A DNA stretch of 64,000 bases from Octopus vulgaris (GCA_951406725.2 OX597834.1:21142001-21206000), one strand, 5' to 3'. Positions 26,590 through 40,328 are shown, numbered from the stretch's first letter. Notes: a model not told the origin generated them from the sequence alone. A program made the numbers and translations.

Positions 26590-27602
26590 GTGGGCAATTA
26601 TGGCGTGAATTTTAGGGCTTATAAATCTAATATTTTCCTATCCTTCCTTAATACCGGTTCCCATATGCTGCTCATATCTGCACTTGGTCTGCTTAGGAGG
26701 TTGTTGTGTCTTAGCGTATGTGCTGCTTCTTTTAGTTTTCGTATTTTCCAGTGGTGTTCTCTGTCTATTTTTTAACTTCATCCCACAGGGGGAGGTAGTC
26801 TCTTAAATATAGAACTGAAGTTCCTTGTTTGTCCTTTCTTGAGCCATGCTTGGCTCATAAGGGCTGGTTTCCTGGTTTCATTGGCGTATAGGTTCCCCCA
26901 CCTAACGAGCTAGGCCAAGCCAGTGTTTGTTGTTGGTTACAGACCTCAAATGAAACTTTCAATGGTCCTATGAACATCTGATTACAAAAGTAACAAGGGA
27001 GTGTCTTTAACTCAGCACAGAGCAAATATCACAAGGGTCTTCGTTAAAAAAAATATGTAATAATTGGTTTCCCTGTTTTCTCACAAATGTTTCTCTCACT
27101 CCCCAAAATACATCAGAAAAAATATAATATATACCCAGGAGTGCATTATTAAAGAGGAAACTTCATAATTACACAGCTCACACCTGTCTAATTATCACTA
27201 CCATCTAATTATTATTCAGGGAGGAATATTTCTAAACCAAAATTTAAATTTATTTTTGATCAGTATATTCCAATTTCAATTTGCTTGTCACTCACTCATT
27301 CATACATCGTTATTTCATTAATAAATTAAATTCCCTAAATTACTCTGATCAATGCCCACTTCATCCTCTTGCCCTCCTCTATCTCCTCCTCACCACCACT
27401 ACCCCCATTACCAACCGGCTGCTAATTAGCTTTCACTTCATACTAATGATCTGATTAAATACCGGTTTTAATGTTTAATGTTTGATGACAGAATTACTCT
27501 TTACTCTTTATGACTAAGCGAACATAGTAACTGTATCGTTTAAACTTGTTGAAGCTATTGGAATGCCAGGTTACCAACTGGTACCCAACTTTATTGCTCA
27601 CC

Positions 27603-27795
27603 CTCTGCCACCACCAACACCAACACCACCATCACTGCCACCACCAACACCAACACCACCATCACTGCCACCACCAACACCAACACCACCATCACTGCCA
27701 CCACCAACACCACCCTCACTGCCACCACCAACACCAACACCACGACCACCACCAACACCACGACCACCACCAACACCACTGCCACTGCCACTACC
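27603..27795. repeat. ~30-bp CAC-rich minisatellite
   Basis: cactgccaccaccaacaccaacaccaccat repeated. Confidence 0.9.
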
Positions 27796-28032
27796 ACGGT
27801 TCTCTAGAGTGGTCAGCTGAAACCTTCTCATTGCCTTGCTGTCTCTTCACCACAGTGCTCTATGGTTCTTGGCAAAATAACTTCAAAATTTTAAATTGAA
27901 GCCTTTAGCATTCAGCTTCTTCTGTCAAATGTAATGCTTTTACTTAATTTCCGCTGTTCTGAATTAATCCTGCATTATTTTGAAGCTTTAAAATTTCAAT
28001 GATGTCGTTGCATATTTTTAGAGTAGCATTGT

Positions 28033-28416
28033 GGAAGCACTCCGTCGGTTACGACGACAAGGGTTCCGGTTGATCCGAATCAACGGAACAGCCTGCTCGT
28101 GAAATTAACGTGTAAGTGGCTGAGCACTCCACAGACACGTGTACCCTTAATGTAGTTCTCGGGGATATTCAGCGTGACACAGAGAGTGACAAGGCCAGCC
28201 CTTTGAAATACAGGTACAACAGAAACAGGAAGTAAGAGTGAGAGAAAGTTGTGGTGAAAGAGTACAGCAGGGATCACCACCATCCCCTGCCGGAGCCTCG
28301 TGGAGCTTTTAGGTGTTTTCGCTCAATAAACACTCAGAACGCCCGGTCTGGGAATCGAAACCGCGATCCTGTGACCGCGAGTCCGCTGCCCTAACCACTG
28401 GGCCATTGCGCCTCCT
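28033..28416 (-). mobile_element. SINE family D1 (tRNA-Arg-like head; resembles octopus OR-type SINEs), young copy with TSD
   Basis: TSD gtagcattgt at 28023-28032 and 28417-28426; near-identical to 46205-46591. Confidence 0.9.
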
Positions 28417-28454
28417 GTAGCATTGTAGGGTAAGTGTGAAAAGCCAGACCTGGT

Positions 28455-28670
28455 TCATCATCATCATCATTTAACGTCCATTTTCCATGCTGGCATGGGT
28501 TGGACGATTTGACTGAGGTCTGGAGAGCCAGCAGCTGCACCAGGCTCCAATCTGATCTGGCAATGTTTCTACAGCTGGATGTCCTTCCTATCGCCAACCA
28601 CTCCGAGAGTGTAATGGGTGCTTTTTACGTGCCTCCGGTACAGGAGCCAGTCAGGTGGGCCTGGCATCGA
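28455..28670 (-). mobile_element. RTE 3' UTR fragment (family C)
   Basis: (CAT)n plus tttaacgtccattttccatgctggcatggg. Confidence 0.8.
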
Positions 28671-28946
28671 TAACTTTTAAAATAAAACAGATAGAATAGT
28701 TGGCTAATAAAATGCTAAAGAGTTAAGCTTTTAGCATTCACCTTAATCTGTCAAATGTAATGCTCTTTTATTTGCATTGTTTTGAAAGAATCGTGCATTA
28801 TCTTATAGCTTCAAAATGTACTGGGATCGATTTGTTCGACAAAAATTTTTCAAGAGGGTACTCCAGCATGGCCACAGTCTAATGACTGAAACAAATAAAA
28901 AAATTTTGGGATTTAAACATTTAAAAAAAATATATATATTATAGAG

Positions 28947-29254
28947 TGAAGGCACATGGCCTAGTGGTTAGAGCAGCGGATCCACAGTCAAGGGATCGCA
29001 GGTTCGAATCTCAGACCGGGCGATGTGTGTGTTTATGAACGAAACACCTAAGCTCCACACAGCTCCAGCAGAAGGTAATGGCAAACTTTTGCTGACACTT
29101 TCGCCACAACTTTTTCTCACTCTTTCCTCCTGCATCTTGCAGCTCACCTGCGACGGGACTGGCGTCCCGTCCAGGTGGGGAACCTATACGCCAAGGAAAA
29201 ACTGGGAAACAGGCCCTAATGAACCAGACATGGCTTGAGAAGGAACAAACAGCA
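28947..29254 (+). mobile_element. SINE family D2 (head like D1, different tail)
   Basis: A box tggcctagtgg, B box ggttcgaatc; TSD atatatta(t/a)agag at 28934-28946 and 29255-29267; tail fragment also at ~26820-26905 (-). Confidence 0.85.
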
Positions 29255-29807
29255 ATATATTAAAGAGGTGTTAAGGATGGTCATGGTTGGAACATATTTG
29301 ATCTATCTGATTGTGGGTTCATTTGATTCGTTAGCCACAGAGCTCGACAATTAAGCATCACAAACCACAACAATAGCACCATTTATGGAGGTCGACTGCA
29401 GTATTTTAGTCAATGGGAAGACACAAACTAAATATTACTTACTCCTCCCCCCTCCACCACCACCACCACCACTGCTATTATACAGCAATGCTCAGACAGT
29501 CTTGAAACTTTACCAAAAATTAAGAAATTAAACACAGAATGCTGTATTTTTCTTTTTGTTCATTTTATTGTTTTGTTTTGTTTTTTTTCCGCAGAGCATT
29601 TAATTAATACCTTACAGGTTATTGATTTCATGTTGGTTCATTTTTTTGTCTGTTGTTGTTTTTTTTTGGGGGGGGGGGTATTTTTTCTCTTAGTATGTTA
29701 TTGCTTGTTCACAAAAATATGATATTAGACAAAGAAATAAAGAAAGAGGAGAAAAAACAACATTCATCAGATTACAGGTTATAATAATAATAATAATAAT
29801 AATAATA

Positions 29808-30362
29808 AATGCCCTGATGCAGTATAAGATAGTGGCTCCCATGGCTTCTGATCTTAACTGATTGGAAGTGTTATCATGTACATTGTTTTGTCTTGCTATA
29901 AAAGATGGGCCACAGCAAATATTCTGTTCAATACCACAGATTTGCTTGTCAGTTGTTGGACCTTAACCAGTTGAGCATGTCCCCTGGTGGCTGGCGATAT
30001 ATGCATCTCTGATCATGAGCAGATGTAGTTGGGGAGCATCATAACCATGTGTTGAGAAGAACACTTTGGGGTTTGGATAATTCACCCTTTGAAACATGGG
30101 TGTTTTGTTCATCATCCTTAAACATCCCTTATTCAGAGACCTTTTGAGTAGGTTGGGCTACTCGACCTAAAGAAAATTCTAACTGGGCCCCACCTTCAAG
30201 GTCATGTGCAGTTTATCTTGATATGAGATCACCATGTCATGCATATATGGTTGTGATGCATGTACCTGGTGTACCCTTATCAGACGAGTAGTCATGATGA
30301 GTATATTGGGCTTCGTATATTTTACCCCAGTGTCACTTTGATGGCATGCACTGCTCTCTCAT
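29808..30362 (+). mobile_element. Family F: probable non-LTR retrotransposon 3' region embedded in (TAA)n
   Basis: Second, shorter copy at 52179-52580 shares the same 3' end; both have (TAA)n on both sides. Confidence 0.7.
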
Positions 30363-30506
30363 TAATAATAATAATGATAAATTTTGGCTCAAGGTCAGCT
30401 ATTTTTTAGAGGGAGGGGCAAGTTGGTGTTTTATTTTACCAAAACCAGAACATAAGATGGACAAAATGTTGCTAAGAATTTTTGTCTGCCTATTGTAAGT
30501 TTTAAT

Positions 30507-30722
30507 AATCCTTTCTTGTGGAAGCACAAGGCCTTGAACTTGAGGGAAGGAATTAAGTCAATTACATCAACCCCAGTGTTTCACTGGTACTTAATTTATT
30601 GACCCTGAACGGATGAAAGGCAAAGTCAACCTCGGCAGGATTTGAACTCTGAACACCAAGGCAGACGAAATGCCACTAAGTATTTTGCCCAACATGCTAA
30701 CAGTTCTGCCAAATCACTACCT
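30507..30722 (-). mobile_element. SINE family B copy
   Basis: Homology to other B copies. Confidence 0.75.
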
Positions 30723-30724
30723 TA

Positions 30725-30780
<56 letters not shown>

Positions 30781-31542
30781 CAACAATAATAATGGCTTCA
30801 AAGTTTGGTACAAGACCAGCAAGTCCAGGGAAGGCATAAGTTATTTACATTGACCCCAGTACTCAACTGTTATCAAACCCCCAATATGTGACTGGTACTC
30901 TATTTTAATGGTCCTGAAAGGATGTTAGCTCTCAATTTGAAGCTGTTCTGCAAATTACCCGTACATTGTTTGTCGTATTTTTTTGGTGGGGGGGTTGATT
31001 TTAAGCTTTTTTTTAATTTGTTTTCTTATGTTGTTATCATCCCCCCCCCCCATTTTCGTTGTCATCATCCTCATTGTTGTTGTTGTTGGTGTCGTCGTTT
31101 TGACATCTGTTTTTTTTCTCTGTTCTGTTTGAACTCAACAAGTAGCGAAACGCTAATGTTTCTCATGGGAAGAATTTTTACCAAAAGCTTATTTAAGAAA
31201 ACATCTTTATCATTATTATTATTATTATTATTATTATTAGAATCCCTACCAAAATTGTTTTTAAAGATCCTTCCTAGAATGCATTCAGTGGCTCCGGTAC
31301 TGTAATTTTTTCATGCAGTGAAAATCCGTTGGCTCTGTTTCTGACAGAAGGAGGCAGAGACAAGGAGAGACAGAGACACACAGAGAGTAGGAGAAAGCAA
31401 AAGGGGATAGATAGAGTAATGGTGTTGGTGGGGGACTGTTTGTTTTAATTCTTACATGACCATTTTCTGTATTTGTTTACTCAGAGGTTTTTTTTGTGAC
31501 TACACTTAACCTCCAGTTTAAAATCATATTTAACTCTGGATA

Positions 31543-31740
31543 TACTCTTTACTCTTTTACTTGTTTCAGTCATTTGACTGCAGCCATGCTGGAGCACCAC
31601 CTTTAGTTGAGCAAATCGACCCCAGGACTTATTCTTTGTAAACCCAGTACTTATTCAGTCTCTTTTGCTGAACTGCTAAGTGACGGCGACGTAAACACAC
31701 CAGCATCGGTTGTCAAGCAATGCTAGGGGGACAAACACAG

Positions 31741-31779
<39 letters not shown>

Positions 31780-31940
31780 TACGATGGGATTCTTTCAGTT
31801 TCCGTCTACCAAATCCACTCACAAGGCTTTGGTCGGCCCGAGGCTATAGTAGAAGACACTTGCCCAAGGCACCATGCAGCGGGACTGAACCCGGAACCAT
31901 GTGGTTGGTAAGCAAGCTACTTACCACACAGCCACTCCTC
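31543..31940 (-). mobile_element. SINE family A
   Basis: Near-identical to 4195-4617. Confidence 0.9.
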
Positions 31941-32136
31941 CTATGCCAATCTTTTTGGAAAGAATACTGATGCTTAAACCCTTTCTTACCATATTTTCTG
32001 TTGAAATACACCATCTTTCTTTCAATTAATTTGGTAAAATATGTAGAATTTAGTAAAATAATTTTAGTTTTTAGAAAATTACTATTTGTAAATCTCACAA
32101 CAAGAGATGTACTTTGTAGTAAAGATTGTTTGCCAA

Positions 32137-32420
32137 CATAACATGGCAGTCCTGGTTTAGGATGAATGTTGCTGTAATTTAGCCCCAGAAGACATCGTCT
32201 CCAGCTGGCTATATGACTCAATCTGTGTCCTTATATTTTCGAACAAGGGAATCTAGCACCCCCACTCAGCTCAAAACAATATCTGTATCGCGATTTCTGG
32301 GTTATTTCCCTTGTTTGAAAATATAAGGACACAGATCATGTCATATAGCCAGCTGGAGATGATGTCTCCTGGGGCTAGATTACAGCAACATTTATCCAAA
32401 ACCAGGACTAGCATGTTATG
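32137..32420. mobile_element. Fold-back MITE with ~115-bp inverted arms
   Basis: 32137-32251 is the reverse complement of 32306-32420 with scattered mismatches. Confidence 0.8.
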
Positions 32421-32515
32421 GTAGTCCTTCACCTGCCTTAGTCATTTGCTTTCTGTCTTTTTCTTTCACCTGCCTTCGTCTTTTACTTTCTGTAAATTTG
32501 AACTATACACATACA

Positions 32516-32555
<40 letters not shown>

Positions 32556-32569
32556 TTCCATGCCAGTAA

Positions 32570-32811
32570 CTGGCTTCTGTGGTGGTGGCATGTAAAAAGC
32601 ACCAACTGATCGTGGCTGTTGCCAGCCTCCCCTGGCACGTAAAAAGCACCCACTACACTCACAGAGTGGTTGGCATTAGGAAAGGTATCCAGCTGTATAA
32701 ACACTGCCAGATCAGACTGAAGCCTGGTGCAGCCTCCTGACTTCCCAAACCCCGGTCAAACTGTCTAACCCATGCTAGCATAGAAAACGGACATTAAACG
32801 ATGATGATGAT
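32570..32811 (+). mobile_element. RTE 3' UTR fragment (family C)
   Basis: Ends aaaacggacattaaacgatgatgatga. Confidence 0.8.
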
Positions 32812-33338
32812 ATATATATATATATATACACACACATACCCACACAAATACACATACACACACGTACATGATAAGCTTCTGTACTTAGTCCATCATGGCA
32901 ATTTCATGAAGACAGCATTAGGTAACCTGAAGTTATATATATAGTAGAATACAGTTTGATGAAGATTTTGTTGCTGTTTCTAGTATATCAATCAGCCACA
33001 TAAGAGCTCCCATTTTTTCTTTTTCATTTTCTTTTGTTTTGCTTGTCAGCAACTTTTGCCATTGTGAATAGTCTCTTCATTCAATTAGTTGTTTAATTAC
33101 TTTTGCAGATATAAATAACAGCTGAAAACATTATCACAAACGAATGCAACTTAATTATGCAACCCGACAGACTTCGTTATTTTTCTTTACTGTTTTTTTT
33201 TTTCCATTCTTGTCTTTTTTTTCTTTCTCTTTTCCCTCTCCTTTAAATATTTTGCAATCAACATACGTTTGTTAACCGTTTTGCAACCAAGAGGTTTTAA
33301 TTAATTATTTTATGTGGGGAGAAAATAACAAAAGAATT

Positions 33339-33560
33339 TAACCCTTTCATTACCATATTTCTGTTGAGATGCTCTGTGTTTCTTTCAATCAATTTTAAAT
33401 ATAACAAAGAATTTAGTAAAATAACTTAGTTACCATAAAGCCAGTGTTAGTAACATAAATTGTGACTAAGGTTTGGTGGAAGATTTTAATTCAAAACTTA
33501 AGAAAACAACACATTTGTACTACAGAGCCAGAGGCAGTTTTGGCCGGGTTTGTTTAAATT
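33339..33560 (+). mobile_element. Second TTAA-type MITE family (ttaaccctttcattaccatattt)
   Basis: Related copies at ~31975-32130, ~36720-36905, ~36985-37220. Confidence 0.55.
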
Positions 33561-34254
33561 AAAGAACCAAACTATATATTTTTGTAAGGAAGTTGGTCTC
33601 TCTGGATTATAACTCAATGAAATTGTTCTAACATAAAATGGTATTTCGATTAATTTCAAGAAAAGCAATCAAGAATTTAGATACATTATAGCAAACAACA
33701 ACGTTAGGGACCATTTTTCTTTGTTTTTTGTTCTTTGATTCAATATCAAATTGCAACTGTTAGAGTATCAAGCAAAATATTTTGGGACATGGTAACAATG
33801 ATGATTGTGGTGGTGGTGATGATGGTGATGGTGGTGATGGTGGTGATGGTGGTGTTGATGATGATGGCAGTGGTTATGGGGATGGTGGTGGTGGTTGTCG
33901 TCATAGTAGTCATGGTGTTGGTGGTGGTCGTCATCATTGCCATCACCACAGAAATGAAGGTTATGATTGGTGGTGGTAATGTGGAGCTCCATGGCAGTGG
34001 TGGTCGTGGTGGTCATGGTGATGGTAGAGGTAGTAGTGGTGGTAGTGATGGCAATAGTGTTGGTAGCAATCAATGGTGGTGGTGGTTGTGATAGTGGCCA
34101 CAATGATGGTGAGATGATGATAACGGTGGAGATAATAGTAGTAGTGATGGTGATGGTAGTAAAGTGGTGGTGGTAGTGGTTGTGGTGGTGTTAAACTGGG
34201 CTATAGTTCAAGTCTGTCTACTTTTTATTGAATGAATGAATGCAGAGGTGTATA

Positions 34255-34305
<51 letters not shown>

Positions 34306-34465
34306 ATATGTCTTTATGTATCTTTATGTGTGTGTGTATTTGTATCTGTGTGTTTATATATGTGTATATGTAAGTATGTTTTTCTATACATTCACTACGT
34401 GTCTGAATATATAAATATATATATATATGCGTATCTATGCGTGCGTCTATATATGTGTCTTTCTG

Positions 34466-34497
<32 letters not shown>

Positions 34498-35349
34498 TGT
34501 ATCTGTATGTGTGTATGCATTTGCATTTATTGGTGGATGTTCCACAGTTTAATTTACCATTCTAATGTAATTCCCTGAATGATTCTACAGACAGTTTTAG
34601 ACTAAATAATGGTAGCAGAAATACACAATGCCAGCGAAAATAACGGAATTAAAATGGCTTGAGAGATTTCGCGCTATTTTTTTAGCTTGTTTTTTTTTTT
34701 GGGGGTTTTTTTTTGTGTTTTTTAGTTTTTGTTTCTTTCCTGTTTTGGTTTTTTTTTTCTTCTTTTACTGCAATTCCAGCAGTAATTATTCAGTTTGTTT
34801 TTACTGGTACTTCACACACGCACATGTATTCCTCCATTCAATGTAACATGTGTGAGTATGTGTACGTGTGTGTGCGTATATAAATATATATATATGTATA
34901 TAAATATATATACACATATACATATATATATATGTATATATACACATATACATATGTATGTATGTATATATATATATATATATATATATACATACATATA
35001 TATATATATACACACATATATACATATATACACACATATATACATATATATATACACACATATACACATATATATATATATATATATACACACACACTCA
35101 CACACATATACATATGTAGGTAGGGATGTAGATGCACACACATGTACATGCACAAATACATATATCTGTATATGTGTGTGTATGTGTGTCTATACATATA
35201 TATGTATGTCTGTATATATGTATGTATATGTCTGTGTGTATACATGTACATGTGTCTCTCTCTCTCTATATGTGTGTGTGTGCATGTATATATTTACATG
35301 TATATATAAATGTGTGTGTGTGTGTAGATATACATACATACACACACAC

Positions 35350-35388
<39 letters not shown>

Positions 35389-35725
35389 CACACACACATA
35401 CATGCACAGTCTGTTCTCTCTCTCTATCTATCTATTTCTCTATCTCACTTCCTCCAATATATCTATGTATAATTGCTCTTATGTATGTATGTGTGTGTGG
35501 TTGTGTGGGTGTAGCTGAACATTTGTGTGAGTGTGTGTATTTATTCATTCCGGAAGGAAAAGAAATAAATTGCTCAAAAAGTTCTTCGTGTTGGCGGCGA
35601 CAGACAGACATACAGACAAAGATATTTAAGAAAATTTGTGGGTAGGTAACAGGTGGAACTGGGGAGCAGTTTACAGGGGGTAGCAGTGGGGATAGGGGTT
35701 GGTTAATTTATTTATGTATATATTT

Positions 35726-35762
<37 letters not shown>

Positions 35763-36282
35763 TTTTCTCCCATGAAAACGAAGCTATGAATAAATAATAT
35801 CATAATGAGGTGTTTGTTTATCCCCTCAAAAAAAATCCCTTCATCAACCGGTGACCCAGGTGCTTAATACTTTACTCTCACCCCCTCCTCAAGACAGGTT
35901 CCCCTTCTCGCCTCTCCCACTCCTGTCCTACCCCCATCGCAAGGGGGAGAGAGAGAAAGAGAAATAAGGAATGTGACACTGCATGTGGTTTTAGTGGGTG
36001 GTGGTTGGGGGTGTGGAAAGGTTGTGGGGGTGGTGGTAGGTGGGTGTGATTTGCCCCCATTTAGTGCGACTGGAATAAAGAGGTGTCTGTTGTGTGACTG
36101 TTGAGGACTGTTCTAAGACATATGTTCAGCCTGTTATGTTTAGTTCCTTGTGTATGAGCGAATGTGTGGTTTACAAAAAAAAAAAAAAAAAAAAAAAATG
36201 AATAAAATAATTATCATAATAATAATAATAATAACTGTGTATATGTGTAACATATGTACAGTCATATATGTGTGAATACACT

Positions 36283-36336
<54 letters not shown>

Positions 36337-37601
36337 AATATACATACAATGTTGACACAGATATACAATGTATATCTGTGTCACCATCATCATCACCATC
36401 ATCATCCTCATCACCATAGTGACCATCCTCATCACCATCACCATCGTCAGGCTCACCATCATCATTATGATCACCATCAACATTTAGTATCCGTTTTCCT
36501 GTGCTTTTGGTTTCAAATTTCTCTTTAGCAGTTACCAATAATAAGGCTTCTGTTGGTCAGTGTTGACCTTAGATATACATTTGGATTCACAGGCCTTTGT
36601 AAGGTTTCCTCACACTCAGTGTTCTGTTAGGAAAACTAGTAGTTACCTATATATGCGAATCTCTTTTCTCCATGCCATTGATGCTGCCCAAAGAATAAAA
36701 CCCTGCCCCTTAAAAAAATAAAACCCTGTCTTTTGTTTCAGTTAATTTTGAAAATGGTGGAGAACTAAGTTAAATAAAATTGCTATTATTGAGCTAGTAT
36801 TTGGTACATAGCATGAAATTTTGATGGAAGGTTTTAATTTGGTTGAATTTGAATCAGGAAGTGTGTAGTATAGAACCAGGTGTAGTTTGGTATCACAAAG
36901 GTTAATAAGCTTGGCAGGCAGAGCATCAGATATCAGGCCAGATGCTTACCATTCTGTAAACAGCACAGATGGATCCAGTTAACTTCAAAACACTTTCATT
37001 ACCATATTTCTTTTGGAATACACTGCCTTTGTTGCAATAAATTTTGAAAATATTGAAGAATTTCGTAAAATAACTTTGCAATTATTCAGCTGGTGTTTGG
37101 AACATAAGATTAACATGAAGTTTTAATGGAAGAAGGTTTTAAGTTAAATCAATTTAGAACAGAAAATTTAAGTCTTAGAACCAAGAATGGTCTTGGGTGG
37201 GTTGTTACCAAACAAGTTAAAACCGGAAATTTACATTATGAAACTAAAGCTAACCTCAGACAGGTGGGAATCTAGAGGTTGAAATCATTGTATTATTATA
37301 TATATATATATATATATAGTGGTTTGGCAAAAGAGACATTTAGTGGTTTGGCAAAAGAGACTGATAAAATAAGTACCAGGCTTACAAAGAATAAGTGCTG
37401 GGGTCGATTTGTTCAATGTAAGGCGGTGCACCAGCAAGGTCACAATCAAATGACTGAAACAAGTAAAAGAATAAAAGAATATATATATATCGAAATATAT
37501 ATGATATAGAAGTCGAATATCGTCCATTTTTTGTGTCGTCTATTTGAGTGTTTTGCGTTCTTGTCCCATTTTGTATTTTTATATATATTTTTTATACATA
37601 C

Positions 37602-37661
<60 letters not shown>

Positions 37662-38239
37662 AGAAAGAGAGAGAGGTGGGGAGATTGATAGATAGATATA
37701 AATACACACACACACATATATATATATATACATATATAGATATATGTGTGTGTGTTTAAGTGAAGTTTAATATGTATTTGTTCCTCAACCATTTGCTTAT
37801 AGACACAGAAACAATTACTTCATACGCCACCGCATTCATTTGATTTTGGCATTAGACGCTATATTGATTGATCGAATATTTAAACAATCAAAACTGCCAT
37901 ATTTTCATAGCGCCAGTGTCCAAAACCAAATCTACTGGCATTAATAGATGTGTGATACTTTATCTTTGTACGCTGTAAGACATGTTCCATTATGCTGGGA
38001 TTCTGTTCTGTCTGTCAGCATAAATAAATACGTGCCACTGTAAATGTAATACACAAGTAGTGTGTGTGTGTATGTGTGTTAGTTGCAAAGGCCATGCTCT
38101 GATGTGTTTGCATTTGCAATTAGTCAAATAATAATAAATGTTTGCATGCATTTGGCATAGTTTGAGTGAGGTCGTGCGCAATCGTGTTTGCGCAACAACA
38201 CACTGCAAAAGTGCAGGCACAAACATGCAATTAAGTACA

Positions 38240-38490
38240 TCGTCATCATCATCATCATCATCATTTAGCATCCGTTTTCCATGCTAGCATGGGTTGGACG
38301 GTTCAACTGGGGTCTGGGAAGCCAGAAGGCTGCACCAGGCCCAGTCTGATCAGGCAGTGTTTCTACAGCTGGATACCCTTCCTAATACCAACCACTCCGT
38401 GAGTGTAGTGGGTGCTTTTTATGTGCCACCGGCACAGAGACCAGACGAAGCTGGCAACGGCCACGAATCGGATGGTGCTTTTTACGTGCC
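38240..38490 (-). mobile_element. RTE 3' UTR fragment (family C)
   Basis: Homology to 9433-9755. Confidence 0.8.
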
Positions 38491-38540
38491 ACACACAAAT
38501 ATATTTATCTATGTGTGTGTGGGTGTGTGTATTTATGTAT

Positions 38541-38769
38541 ACTCTTTACTCTTACTCTTTTACTTGTTTCAGTCATTTGACTGCGGCCATGCTGGAGCAC
38601 AGCCTTTAGTCGATCAACTCGACCCCGGGACTTATTCTTTGTAAGTCCAGTACTTATTCTATCGGTCTCTTTTGCCGAACTGCTAAGTGACGGGGACATA
38701 AACACACCAGCATCAGTTGTCAAGCAATGCTAGGGGGACAAATACAGACACACAAACATACACGCACAC

Positions 38770-38822
<53 letters not shown>

Positions 38823-38972
38823 GACAGGCTTCTTTCAGTTTCCATCTACCAAATCCACTCACAAGGCTTTGGTCGGCCCAAGGCTATAGTAGAAGACACT
38901 TGCCCAAGGTGCCACGCAGTGGGACTGAACCCGGAACCATGCGGTTGGTAAGCAAGCTACTTACCACACAGC
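38541..38972 (-). mobile_element. SINE family A, followed by a partial copy at 38975-39180
   Basis: Near-identical to other A copies. Confidence 0.9.
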
Positions 38973-39403
38973 ATTTTTACTTGTTTCAGTCATTTGACTA
39001 TGGCCATGCCGGGGCACCACATTGAAAGATTTTAGTCAAACAAATCGACCCAAGGACTTATTTTTTTTTAAACCTAGTACTTATTCTATCAGGCTCTTTT
39101 GTTGAACTGCTAAGTTATGGGGACATAAACAAACCAACACCTGTTGTCAAGTAGTGGTGGGGACAAACTCAGACACAAAGGCATGTATATATGAGTGTGT
39201 ACACACACATGTGCATATGCTGGCAGTTATATAGTCCTGTATTTTAAAAACGTGTGCACATGCTTATACAGAACATTAAATGCATGTTTATGTATAATGT
39301 GTGTGTGTGTATACATGCGTTTCCATGTGTGTGTGAGTGTGTGTGTGTAATTACATAATTGTATAATTATATATGCACAGATGTAAGTGTACATTTGTGC
39401 ATA

Positions 39404-39455
<52 letters not shown>

Positions 39456-40328
39456 TTGTTAAGTATGTATATGAAACTACTACTGCTTAATTGTTAGTAT
39501 TATATAGCAGCAGACTAGCTATATATGTAGCAGAACCAACACCACACACACACATACAGACGCATGCACATACACACACACGCGCGTGCATACACGCTCA
39601 CACAGTTGTCTGGTGTACTATTCTTCAGTCAGAATCACAGAATCAAAGAAATCTCAAGATATTTATCAACAGGAAACAGTCGCAGAAGTGTCTTGGCAAG
39701 TCATATATTCAATATGGAATACAGCTTTTGGCCTCCAAGCCAAATCTGCTGCTGCTTGATTGAAATTAACCATCATCATCATCATCATCATCGTCATCAT
39801 CATTATTGTTATTAGTGAGAGAGCTGTAATGGTGTCCATGACAACATCAAATGGTGTGGTGTGATCATCACACTAATGCGGTTTTAGTTTCGTGGTTGCA
39901 GTCATCCACTTCTGTTTGTGTCGTTGAGTTCTTCCGATAGAAAGAGATTTCGTTCCTTTCTGGTCTTGGAAATTCTCGGACAGGCCGAGAAATGGTGAAG
40001 TTTAATGTGTGACTACAAAAGTAATCATGTGCTTTCAGGTTCAATCCCTTTGTGTGGTACTTTGAGCAGGTGCCCCTCTAGATTAGTTCCTGGGTTAACC
40101 AATGTCTAGAAAGTGAGTTCGTTGACAGAAAACTGTGTGGAACCTTGCTGTGTGTGTGTGTGTGTGTGTATGTGTCTGTGTGCATGTGTGTGTCTGTGTG
40201 CACGTGTGTGTGTGCGCCAAAAGTAAAGACATTTGAAAGATGCATCCGAACTTAATAGGTTGTACTTTTTGCATATGGGACTCCGGTACCGTTATTCATC
40301 TTGTACAGCATATTATGCTCATAACAAA

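Larger units (their letters stand above)
26350..26800 (-). mobile_element. Penelope-like element 3' end: GIY-YIG C-terminus, tRNA-like cassette and hammerhead
   Basis: Minus strand DYLPLWDEVK/IDREHHWKIRKLKEAAHTLRHNNLLSRPSADMSSIWEPVL..* (stop 26619-26621, one frameshift) fits the Penelope endonuclease end pattern W..VKI.DRE..W..RK.KEA.H. Confidence 0.8.
27900..28726 (+). mobile_element. Family E TTAA-type MITE carrying two nested insertions
   Basis: Ends cctttagcatt ... aatgctaaagagttaa; MITE sequence resumes after each insertion. Confidence 0.65.

Noticed and set aside
27603-27795. CRISPR-like array or His/Pro-rich gene
   Set aside because: Tandem minisatellite without unique spacers, in a eukaryotic context
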